A DNA stretch of 21,051 nt from Octopus sinensis (Eukaryota), in assembly GCF_006345805.1 (NCBI RefSeq), contig NW_021823803.1:1-21051 (forward strand). The letters run 5' to 3'. The notes beneath the pieces are model-generated. The model made no database searches. It saw only the letters and a program-made list of their open reading frames with translations, and was not told the origin of the DNA. Shown in pieces: positions 1-10,543 of the stretch; positions within the stretch are counted from its first letter, which is position 1, and every line of letters begins with the position of its first letter. Position numbers and translations under genes: made by a program.

Positions 1-120
1 GAATATTAAATTTTTTTTTTTCCTTACAATGACATAATTTAGAAGAAAGAACGGTTTCGCGTTTAGCATTTCAAATTTCTTGCGACGTTATGTTTATGTT
101 GAATAGAGTTATGGTTATGT

Positions 121-170
121 TTATATATATATATCTATATATATATATAATATAATATATATATATATAT

Positions 171-207
<37 letters not shown>

Positions 208-425
208 TATACATATATGTATATATACATATATACATATTACACCCACCCAATATATATATATATATATATATAATATACATCTATATACGTGAATCTC
301 TATATATACACATTTATATACATTTATATACATATATATACATTTATATACATTTATATACATATATGTATATATATAGTTATATACATATATACAGTTA
401 TATATATATATATATACATTTATAT
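121..425. repeat. (TA)n-based compound microsatellite with CATATA/CATTTATATA variants
   Basis: Direct reading; source of the spurious Y/I-rich ORF 121..471. Confidence 0.95.
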
Positions 426-427
426 GC

Positions 428-1086
428 ATGATGGCCGTCCACTCGTGACTGAGGAAGACCATTACTGACATTCAGGAACATTGTGCACTCTTGGACTAAA
501 TTATATTTTGCATTTGCAGCTCTGTTGGTGGCTAATGAGAACCCTGCTCTTGACAAGCATACACGACTGCAGACGTTGCACACTAAGCATTCTCTATTCA
601 CTACACTAGCCATGCGCTTTCGAGCAGCACGCTTTAAATTCTTCATACAGAATATATGCTTTCTCAAAGGTGCCGACCCCTTGCTTAACCTACTTCCATC
701 TGTGGCAATGACAGACATTGCTCTCCTAGACTTTCTCCTGCATATCATAGGACTTTAATGAGGACTTGACACTTGCATTAAAATACAGACTTTTTCCGCT
801 CACACGTTCCCCGCATAGCATGTCTTTAGGGATCCTGCTATCCTTCATTCTAATAAGGAGTCTAGTCCAACGTAACCAGGACTTATGCATCGTCACCTCA
901 ATCCTCAGGACATCAGCTTTCCTCAAGAAATGTGTGTCTGGGGTTTTTAAGGTCCAGCCACCATTCAGAATGTGTCACAGACATATCTGATGAAATTGTA
1001 AAAGAACACTTGCATGACGTTTGTAAAGGTTCCATGTCTCACATGAGTAAAGGAGCGATGTTAGTATACATGCACGGTATAGGGAT
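428..1086 (-). mobile_element. RTE-clade LINE, decayed 3' fragment (post-RT region and terminal Cys/His finger)
   Basis: Minus-strand pieces SLYRACILTSLLYSCETWNLYKRH..FHQICL, LRWTRLLIRMKDSRIPKDMLCGE and CNVCSRVCLSRAGF match the RTE C-terminal motifs LLYGCETW, LRWxGHxxRMxDxRIPK and CxxC..SRxGL. Frameshifted and internally deleted. Confidence 0.85.
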
Positions 1087-1094
1087 GTGCATGT

Positions 1095-1262
1095 ACCTAC
1101 GTACATATATACATACATACATACATGCACAGACACATATATACATACATACATACATGCATAAATACATACATACATACATACATGCATGCATACATAC
1201 ATGCATGCATGCATGCATACATGCATGCATGCTCACATACATACATACATACAAACATACAT
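1095..1262. repeat. (CATA)n/(CATG)n tetranucleotide microsatellite
   Basis: Direct reading. Confidence 0.95.
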
Positions 1263-1435
1263 AGAAGCACACTTAAACACACGCACACATTCTAAGATTA
1301 TCGATCCCTTTTATTTGCATTTTTTAAGGGAAGCTACTCTCAAATATATATTTTCTTATATTGAGAGTTATCTCCCTGGACAAAAACCTTAAACCACCTC
1401 ATTATTGTATTTACTAAAGAGATTTTATTGATCAT

Positions 1436-1520
1436 TGCTTACTCCTTTCAGTTATTGAACTACGGCCACACTGGAGCACCACAGTGACGTGATTAGTCCA
1501 ACAGACCGACTCCAGTATTT
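1436..1520 (-). mobile_element. Diverged 3' fragment of the SINE family seen at 2194-2637
   Basis: tactcctttcagttattgaactacggccacactggagcacc..gaccgactccagta aligns by eye to tactcttttacttgtttcagtcatttgactgcggccatgctggagcacc..aatcgactccagga at ~2203-2280. Confidence 0.55.
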
Positions 1521-1542
1521 CTCTTTCTCGAGAATACCACTT

Positions 1543-1581
1543 GTATATATATATACACATATATATACACATATATGTATG

Positions 1582-1612
<31 letters not shown>

Positions 1613-1670
1613 GCGTTTGTGTGTGTGTTCTTATATATATATATCTATCTCTATCTCTATCTATCTATCT

Positions 1671-1701
<31 letters not shown>

Positions 1702-1760
1702 CATACCCACACGCACACACACACACACAAACACTCACACTCACAGACATATATACATGA
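1543..1760. repeat. Compound (TA)n/(TG)n/(TATC)n/(CA)n microsatellite
   Basis: Direct reading. Confidence 0.95.
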
Positions 1761-2193
1761 CCCCTCATAACGTTTTTTTCATTTTGGGGAATTTTAAAAT
1801 AACTTTGGCGAATTTATATTCTATGCACGGAAATTCATCCGATTAACCAAAATTGAAAGAAAATATATTTGGGTGCACGATTTAAGGCTTGATTAGCTGT
1901 TATTTTTATCAGCTATAACCACCACCTCATATGTCATATGTTTTAAAGCTTTCAAGAATAACCATCTTGAATACGTTGAGAAATACGAAAAAAGATTGAG
2001 TCAAAGAATGAGGAAAGAATTGTAGACAGGGATGTGGATTTAGATCATTAAAGGAATGAAAAGATCGTTCATAAGTTTAGAAGAAATTGTAAAAAGAGAG
2101 AAAGTGAAAGGAAGAGAAACATCCGTTTGGAGATTTAAGGTGAAATGAACAGACTAAGTCGCTTGAGACCTTTCTGAGAGAAAACAGAAATGT

Positions 2194-2637
2194 CTTTCTT
2201 TTACTCTTTTACTTGTTTCAGTCATTTGACTGCGGCCATGCTGGAGCACCGCCTTTACTCGAACAAATCGACTCCAGGACTTATTCTTTGTAAGCCTAGT
2301 ACTTATTCTATCGGTCTCTTTTGCCGAACCACTATGATACGGGGACGTAAACACACCAGCATCGGTTGTCAAGCGATGTTGGGAGGACAAACATAGGCAC
2401 ACAATACACTCACACTCACACACACACACACACAGACACACACACAAACAAACATATATATATACATATATACGAAGGGATTCTTTCAGTTTCCGTCTAC
2501 CAAATCCATTCAAAAGGCTATAGTCGGCCCGAGGTATAGAAGAAGACACTTACCCAAGGTGTTACCCAGTGGGATTAAACCCGGAACCATGAGGTTGGTA
2601 AGCAAGCTAATTACCACACAGCCACTCCTACGCCTAT
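2194..2637 (-). mobile_element. Full-length tRNA-derived SINE (octopus-type) with internal CA/TA microsatellite
   Basis: Minus strand begins TAGGCGTAGGAGTGGCTGTGTGG (A-box-like), then GGTTTAATCCC (degenerate B box), ACACCTTGGGTAAGTGTC core and an A-rich end (AAGTAAAAGAGTAAAAGAAAG). Candidate 6-bp TSD AAATGT at 2188-2193 and 2638-2643. Octopus assignment is from recall. Confidence 0.88.
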
Positions 2638-2714
2638 AAATGTTTAATAATTATTTTTATTAAGTGAAATACCTAAAGTTATATTTGTTTTTCAACAGAA
2701 CCGTAATTATTACC

Positions 2715-3010
2715 CTAGGAAACATTACCCTATTTATATTTCAATTCATTTATTTGAAATCTATCCAAATTAAATCCTAAATCCCAGCGGGATTCGAAGT
2801 CAAAATGTAAAGTTTCATGGCTGAATACTAAAGATATTTTATCAGTCGATTCATGATTTCTACAAATCTACCCCTGTCCTTTCCATTATTTTTGGAAATG
2901 AGAAATGATAATAGTAAACCGAATGTAATAAAAGCGCATGTCAACTACAGTATTTTATATTATAGAATTATAAAATTAATTTCAGTAATAATCTCTCTTT
3001 ATTGATTCAT
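2715..3010 (+). repeat. Old, diverged partial copy (copy 0) of the first ~300 bp of the repeated block
   Basis: catgatttctacaaatc, gtaaaccga..taataaaagc, ctacagtattttatattatagaattataaaa and tttcagtaa.aatctctcttt are colinear with 9350-9630. Confidence 0.8.
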
Positions 3011-3198
3011 ATTATATGCCTCTTGTATGAATAAAACACATACTCTATCAGGTCTAGTCAGAAAACCAGACCTGATAAAGAAAAACTGTAGTGCGTTTTG
3101 AATTTAGCAGGCAAAATCACTTGGAATTAATTAAAATATTCCAGGCCCCAGACAAGAAAATATTTGCCCAGTGTTATTTATTTTAATATTCAACAACT

Positions 3199-3406
3199 TG
3201 CTAATCACTATCCTAAGATTTATTACCCTATTTTCACATGTATTTCTTTATTTTAAATTTGTCTATCTGCATTAAATCATAAATCACAGCAAAATTCGAA
3301 ATCAGAACGTTGAGTTTCAAGACAGAGTAGAAAGGATAGTTGATCAGTCGATCCATGATTTCTAGAAATCCATCTCCGTCCTTTTCATTCTCATCGGAAG
3401 TGGAAA
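3199..3406 (+). repeat. Repeated block copy 1 (first ~200 bp only)
   Basis: gctaatcactatcctaa...ggaagtggaaa is colinear with ~7187-7391 and ~9325-9532, then homology stops abruptly. Confidence 0.92.
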
Positions 3407-3415
3407 TCTACGAAC

Positions 3416-3492
3416 TCTACGAAACCAAGGAGATGGCTACTTTTCAATGCAGTTAGGTGCCGACTAACAAACTATTATTATTATTATTGTTA

Positions 3493-3545
<53 letters not shown>

Positions 3546-3838
3546 TATTATTATTTATTTTTTATTAATATTATCATTATTATTATTATTATGACTATTA
3601 GTATATTATTATTAATATTATTATTATTACTATTATATTATTATTATTAATTATTATTAGTATATATTATTATTTATATTTTTATAATATTATCATTATT
3701 ATTATTTATTATTATTATTATTATTATATTATTATTAATATTTATTATTTTTATATTTTAATTAATATTATCATTAGTATTATTATTATTATTTTATTAC
3801 TATATTATTATTATTATTAATATTATTATTATTACTAT

Positions 3839-3869
<31 letters not shown>

Positions 3870-4380
3870 ATTATTTATAATATTTTTATTATCATTATTA
3901 TGATTTTTATTATTATTACTATTATTATTATTATTATTTCCATAATAATAATAATAATAATAATTGCACAGCTCTCTCACTCAATAATAATAATAATAAT
4001 AATAATAAAATAATAAAAATAATTTATATATGCATACACACATCATATATACATATTATAATATACATATATATATATATATGTATATATACAGATATAT
4101 ATATATATATATATATATCTATATATGTATATATATATACTTGTATATATACATATTCATATATACATATGCATACATATATATACATATACATATATAT
4201 GCATACATATATATATATGTATACATGCATATATACATATATCTTTAACTATATACATATATAATTATATATATGTATATTTATACATATAAGTATATAT
4301 ATGTATATATATATATATGTATATATACATATGTATACATACGTATGATATATATATATAAATATTTATATATATATATG

Positions 4381-4422
<42 letters not shown>

Positions 4423-4712
4423 GATATCTATGTGTGTATACCTATATATATACATATATATTACTACAGATAGATAGGTAAATAGATAGATTTATAGATA
4501 GATATAGATAGATAGATAAATAGATGATAGATATATAGATAGATAGATAGATAGATAGAAATACGACGGGACCCTCTAGTTTCAAATACTCTTACAGGTA
4601 TTGGGGCTTTGACAACCCCGAGGTTGAAAAAAGGCTCTTTCGCAAGGCTACGCGCTGTAGGGCCGAACCCAGATCCATGTAATTAGGAAGTAACACACAG
4701 ACCCCCTACCCC

Positions 4713-4750
<38 letters not shown>
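3416..4750 (+). repeat. Left arm of a long inverted duplication: 59-bp unique motif plus microsatellite/SINE module M1
   Basis: 3416-3474 matches the reverse complement of 20928-20986 at 55/59. The following (TTA)n, switch, (TAA)n, TA, TAGA and SINE head mirror 20927 back to ~20180. Confidence 0.9.
4561..4714 (-). mobile_element. Decayed SINE 5' half in module M1
   Basis: Aligns to 2470-2637 but carries module-specific lesions (ccatgtaattaggaagtaacacacag). Confidence 0.8.
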
Positions 4751-4751
4751 A

Positions 4752-5094
4752 TAATTTCACAATTGAGGGTAAAATTAATTAGTTATTAATTCAGTATGTA
4801 AAAGGACCATTTAAGGCGAATTCAAAATATTACATTATATAAAAGGGCCTAGTAAATAAATTACTTTACTTGCCACATACTGAACTCATTAGAAATACCA
4901 GCCAAACCAAAAAAAATTTTTTTAGCTATCTCTAATACTTAAGAAAGTTTCTCTCGATAGTGTTTACTCAGAATAACCCACGAAGGTATGGGGGTAAAAA
5001 ACATTAAAAAATCACAAGTGCAAAGATTATTTGAGAACGTTACGTTTCTAGATCAGCCAAATAAAATTCGACATTTCTTCGTCAGCCCAAAATT

Positions 5095-5097
<3 letters not shown>
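4752..5097 (-). mobile_element. Unassigned ~350-bp insert between (TA)n tracts, possibly a Penelope-like pseudo-LTR
   Basis: Non-microsatellite segment bounded by TA runs on both sides. Carries a hammerhead-like core on the minus strand (5030-5091). No RT or GIY-YIG domain is recognisable. Confidence 0.4.
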
Positions 5098-5132
<35 letters not shown>

Positions 5133-5133
<1 letters not shown>

Positions 5134-5277
5134 TTCAAAATCACTACTTGAATGGACCATAAGCAAAACTTCACTTAACAGGATTCAAATAATCCTATCA
5201 GGAGGTGCTATTAAGTTAGAATGGCTGGACCAAATCATGGTCGAAACACATCTAAGTTTATCTAAGTCTAAGTTTAT
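5133..5277 (+). mobile_element. CR1-group LINE 3' UTR fragment with (TCTAAG)-type tail
   Basis: ctacttgaatggaccata..caggaggtgctattaagttaga.atggc..ggtcgaaac aligns to the CR1 3' UTR at ~13399-13500. Confidence 0.75.
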
Positions 5278-5340
5278 AATATATATATATATACGTATAA
5301 ATACAACACACATGACAACGACGCTTTACACACACAAACA

Positions 5341-6352
5341 TGCTAATCGCTAATCCTAACACTTAATCTACTTTCATATCTATTTCTTTATTCTAAATCT
5401 GTCTATCTACATTAAATCATAAAACAGCAAAATTAGAAATCAGAATGTTAAGTTCAAGACAGTGTAGAAAGGATAGTTGATCATCGATCCATGATTTCTA
5501 CAAATCCATCTCCATCTTTTCCATTCTCATCGGAAGTGGAAAATGAAAATGGTAAACCGAGTGTAATAAAAGCACAAGTCAGCTACAATATTTTACATCA
5601 TAGAATAATAAAAAACAATTTCAGTAATTATCTCTCTTTTCATCTTAATATTATTAATTCACTACCTTTAAAATTCATGAATATTACAGAGTTCCTTAAT
5701 AAACTTTAATTTCAGTTTCAAAATCGACCAACAAGACTTGTCCCACTGCAAACAATAAGCTCTGCCTTTAATATTCCCTTTTCCAATCTCGATAAACAAG
5801 CTTTCTTTTATTTATTCCTATTCCTTCGTTCTGATATTTTAAGATTAATTCAGGATATTTCACAATTGATTTCTTTGGCATTGGCTTCGAAAAGACGACG
5901 TCTTTAAAAACAATCACTCCCGAGTTCTTCCACTCTTATAAAAATTGACGGCCAACGGAACTTTCTTTCCTGTTACTCCAGAAGTCGTAACAGGTAATTT
6001 CACTTTTCGTAAATAAGTTCTTAAATCCCAGCTCTAATATTCGTTTCTCTTTCTCTCCAGCATGCTTTGCTCTTCAGAGGTAAGTAATTATCAGTCTTAG
6101 CCGTAGCTTTGTTAGGTTATCAACAGCAACGTTTCTATCCATCGATCTTCGCAAATATACGCTTGAAAGAAGTCGACTGCATTTGGATGCATGGTGAGCG
6201 AAACGATTTTATTTTAACTTGGCAATATATCGACAGCTTTAGTTTTTAATTATGCACTAGGTAAATTATACTAATGCCATCGAAAGTGATGTGGTCAACG
6301 AGTACAAGAAAGGAGATAAAATTTGATGAAATAAAGCCTTGATTAGGATTGA
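5341..6352 (+). repeat. Repeated ~1 kb block copy 2 (unidentified)
   Basis: Colinear along its length with 7183-8217 and 9320-10360. Confidence 0.95.
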
Positions 6353-6384
<32 letters not shown>

Positions 6385-6698
6385 TATTAATTATTATGAA
6401 ATCATTATTATCATTATTATATTATTATTATTATAATTATTATTTGATTATAATTATTATATTATTATCATTATTATTAATATTATTATTATACTATAAT
6501 ATTATGATTAGATTATTATTAATATTATTATTATTATTATTATCATATTATTATTATATCATTATTACTATTTTTATTATTATTATTATTATTATATATT
6601 ATTATTTCTATAATAATAATAATAATAATAACTTTTTTATATTTTACACACATATATATACATATATATATACATGTATATATACACATATATAATAT

Positions 6699-6759
6699 AT
6701 ACTTTGATACTTTGATACTTTGATAGGTTTCGGCCATTATTGGCCCAGGCCATGTCTAA
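6699..6759 (-). mobile_element. 61-bp CR1-group 3' terminus with (TATCAAAG)3 tail
   Basis: The reverse complement of 6712-6759 matches 13465-13512 at 47/48 nt. Confidence 0.9.
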
Positions 6760-6960
6760 TATACTTGTATATATACATATGTATATATACATATGATATA
6801 CATATATGTATATATTTATATATATGGATGTGCGTATTTATATATGTATATACAGATATAGATGTGTGTATACATATATATATACATATATATACATATA
6901 TACAGGTAGATAGATAGATAGATTGATAGAGAGAGGGACAGATAGATGGATAGATAGATG

Positions 6961-7108
6961 TACGCGGGTCCTTCTAGTTCGAAATCTACTTTCAGGTTTT
7001 GGGGAGTTGACCAACCCGAGACTGTAGAAGAGGCACTTTCGAAGGTGACACGCTGTGGGGCCGAACCCGGATCCATGTAATTAGGAAGTAACAACAACAC
7101 ACTACCCC

Positions 7109-7110
<2 letters not shown>
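6961..7110 (-). mobile_element. Decayed SINE 5' half in module M2
   Basis: Same lesions as the copies at 4561, 9006 and 20247. Confidence 0.8.
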
Positions 7111-7139
<29 letters not shown>

Positions 7140-7182
7140 ATAAATACACACACACATGTACACACACGCATACACACATAAA

Positions 7183-8217
7183 AGCTAGCTAATCACTATC
7201 CTAACACTTATTACCCTTTTTTCATATGTATTTCTTTATTTTAAATCTGTCTATCTGCATGAAATTCTAAATCACAGAAAAATTCGAAATCAGGACGTTA
7301 AGTTTCAAGACAGTGTAGAAAGGATAGTTGATCAATCGATCCATGATTTCTACAAATCATCTCCGTCCTTCTATTCTCATCGGAAGTGGAAAATGAAATG
7401 GTAAACCGAGATAATAAAAGCACAAGTGAGCTACAGTATTTTATATTATAGGATTATAAAAAACAATTTCAGTAATTATCTCTCATTTCATTCTTAATAT
7501 TATTAATTCACTTACCTTTAAGATTCATGACATTACAGAGATCGTTAAGTAAACTTTATTTTAGTTGCAAATTCGACCAACAAGACGTGTCTCACTGCAA
7601 ACAATAAGCTTCTGCCTTTTAATGTTCCCTTTTCCTAGTCTCGATAAACAAGCTTTCTTTCATTTATTGCTATTCTCTTCGTTCTGATAATTTAAGAATA
7701 AATTCAGGATATTTCACATTGATTTCTTTTTGCATTGATTCGTAAAGACAAGGTCTTCAAAGCAATCTCTCCCGAGTTCTTTCACTCTATAAAATTGATG
7801 GCCAACTTGAACTTTCTTTGCCTCTTACTCCAGAAGTCGTCGCCAGGTAATTTCACTGTTCGTTAAATAAGTTCTTCAATTCCAGGTCTTATATTCGTTT
7901 GTCTTTCTCTCCAGAATGCTTTGCTCTTCAGAAGGTAAGTAAATTATCAGATTTAACCTTAGCTTTGCTATGTTTTCAACAGCAACTGTTTCTATCCATC
8001 GATCTTAGTAAATAAACCGCTTGAAAGAAGTCGACTGCGTTTGGATGCACGTTGAGCGAAACGATTTTACTTTAACTTGGCAATATATCGATAGCTTTAA
8101 ATTTTTCATTATGCACTAGATAAATTATACTTAATGCCATCGAAAGTGGTGTGGTCATCGAATATAAAGAAATGAGTTAAACTTTTGATGAAATAAAGCC
8201 TTGATTAGGATTGAAAT
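7183..8217 (+). repeat. Repeated ~1 kb block copy 3
   Basis: Colinear with copies 2 and 4. Confidence 0.95.
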
Positions 8218-8228
8218 AATAATATTAA

Positions 8229-8262
<34 letters not shown>

Positions 8263-8278
8263 ATCATTATCATCATCC

Positions 8279-8316
<38 letters not shown>

Positions 8317-9161
8317 TTATTATTATTATATTATTACTATTATTATTACTATTAGATTATTATTATTATTAATACTATATTATTATTAATATTATTAATA
8401 TTATTATTATTATTACTATTATCATTATTATAATTATTATTATTATTATTTATATTATTATTATTACTATTATGCTTTATTATTATATACTTATTACTAT
8501 TACCATTATATTATTACTATTATTATTATTATTTCTATAATAATAATTATTATTATAATAACATAATAAAATAATTTTTGTATCCATACACACACAATAT
8601 ATATATCCATATATATATATACATATACATGTATATAGACATATATATATATATATATATCCTTGATATATACATAGTCATATATACATACATATATATA
8701 CATATACATATATATGCATATACATATATATACATACATACTTACATCTATAACTATATATACACATAACTATATATATCTTCATATATATACATTAAGT
8801 ATATATATGTATATATATATATGTATATATACATATGTATACATACATATATATATATATATTTTATATTTATATATATGGATTTGTATATAGATATGTA
8901 TATACAGATATATGTGTGTTATACATATATATACATATTACAATAATACAGGTCGTTAATAGATAGATTGATAGATAGATTGATAGACAGATAGTTATAT
9001 AGATGTACGCGGGTACTTCTAGTTCCGAATCTACTTTCAGGTTTTGGGGCTTTGACCAACCCGAGGCTGCAGAAGAGGCACTTTCGCAAGGTGACACGCT
9101 GTGGGGCCGAACCCGGATCCATGTAATTAGGAAGTAACCCACAAACCACCTACACCATATA

Positions 9162-9242
<81 letters not shown>

Positions 9243-9319
9243 ATATATATATTATATATATTAATATATATATGCGCATAAATACACACACACATGTACA
9301 CACATGCATACACACACAA
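8218..9319 (+). repeat. Microsatellite/SINE module M3
   Basis: Same order as M2; TTTCTA switch at ~8534, SINE head at 9006-9158. Confidence 0.93.
9006..9158 (-). mobile_element. Decayed SINE 5' half in module M3
   Basis: Near-identical to 6961-7110. Confidence 0.8.
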
Positions 9320-10360
9320 AAGCTAGCTAATCACTATTCTAACACTTATTACCCTTTTTTCATATCTATTTCTTTATTTTAAATCTGTCTATCTGCATTA
9401 AATCATAAATCACAGCAAAATTCGAAATCAGCACGTTAAGTTTCAAGACAGAGTAGAAAGGATAGTCGATCAGTCGATCCATGATTTCTACAAATCCATC
9501 TCCGTCTTTTCCATTCTAATCGGAAGTGGAAAATGAAAATGGTAAACCGAGTATAATAAAAGCACAAGTGAGCTACAGTATTTTATATCATAGAATTATA
9601 AAACAATTTCAGTAATTATCTCTCTTTTCATTCTTAATAATATTAATTCACTTACCTTTAAGATTCATGACTATTACAGAGTTCGTTAAGTACACTTTAC
9701 TTTTAGTTGCAAAATCGACCAACAAGACGTGTCTCACTGCAAACAATAAACTTCTGCCTTGTAATGTTCCCTTTTCCTAGTCTCGATAAACAAGCTTACT
9801 CTTATTTATTCCTATTCTCTCCGTTCTGATAATTTAAGAATAAATTCAGGATATTTCACAGTTGATTTCTTTTTGCATTGATTTCGTAAAGACAATGTCT
9901 TTAAAGCAGTCCCTCCCGAGTTCTTCCACTCTTATAAAATCGATGGCCAACTTGAACTTTCTTTGCCTCTTACTCCAGAACTCGTCGCCAGGTAATTTCA
10001 CTGTTCGTTAAATATGTTCTTCAATTCCAGGTCTTATATTCGTTTGTCTTTCTCTCCAGAATGCTTTGCTCTTCAGAAGTTAAGTAAATTATCAGATTTA
10101 ACCTTAGCTTTGCTATGTTTTCAACAGCAACTGTTTCTATCCATCGATCTTAGTAAATAAACCGCTTGAAAGAAGTCGACTGCGTTTGGATGCACGTTGA
10201 GCGAAACGATTTTACTTTAACTTGGCAATATATCGATAGCTTTAAATTTTTAATTATGTACTAGATAATTTATACTCAATGCCATCGAAAGTGGTGTGGT
10301 CATCGAGTACAAAAAGGAGTAAAGCTTTTTATGAAATAAATCCTTGATTAAGATTGAAAT
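9320..10360 (+). repeat. Repeated ~1 kb block copy 4
   Basis: Colinear with copies 2 and 3. Confidence 0.95.
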
Positions 10361-10398
10361 ACTATTATTATTATATTACTATTTTTATATTATTAATA

Positions 10399-10436
<38 letters not shown>

Positions 10437-10543
10437 TATTATTATATTATTATTATTATTATTATATATTTTATTTTATTAATATATTATTATTATTAAA
10501 TTGTTATTAATATATTATTATTAATATATTATTATTATTATTA

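Larger units (their letters stand above)
6353..7182 (+). repeat. Microsatellite/SINE module M2
   Basis: (TTA)n, TTTCTA switch (~6605), (TAA)n, TA/CATA, TAGA, SINE head 6961-7110, TA, then linker gcgcataaatacacac..gctagc. Confidence 0.93.

Noticed and set aside
2520-2637. tRNA gene
   Set aside because: Degenerate B box, no cloverleaf or acceptor stem, and continuous with SINE body. The same applies to the other SINE heads.
5491-5709. 72-aa plus-strand ORF in block copy 2
   Set aside because: No recognisable motif, and the frame is broken by indels in copies 3 and 4.
5341-10360. Tandem unit as a Helitron-type rolling-circle array (CTAG at ~7185 and ~9322)
   Set aside because: No subterminal GC-rich hairpin on either strand, CTAG is followed by C rather than T, and no Rep/helicase remnant is visible.
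5341-10360. Tandem copies as pure assembly duplication
   Set aside because: Copies differ by many substitutions and carry private insertions (CR1 tail, R4 element). Scattered 1-bp deletions in copies 2 and 3 could still be sequencing error.
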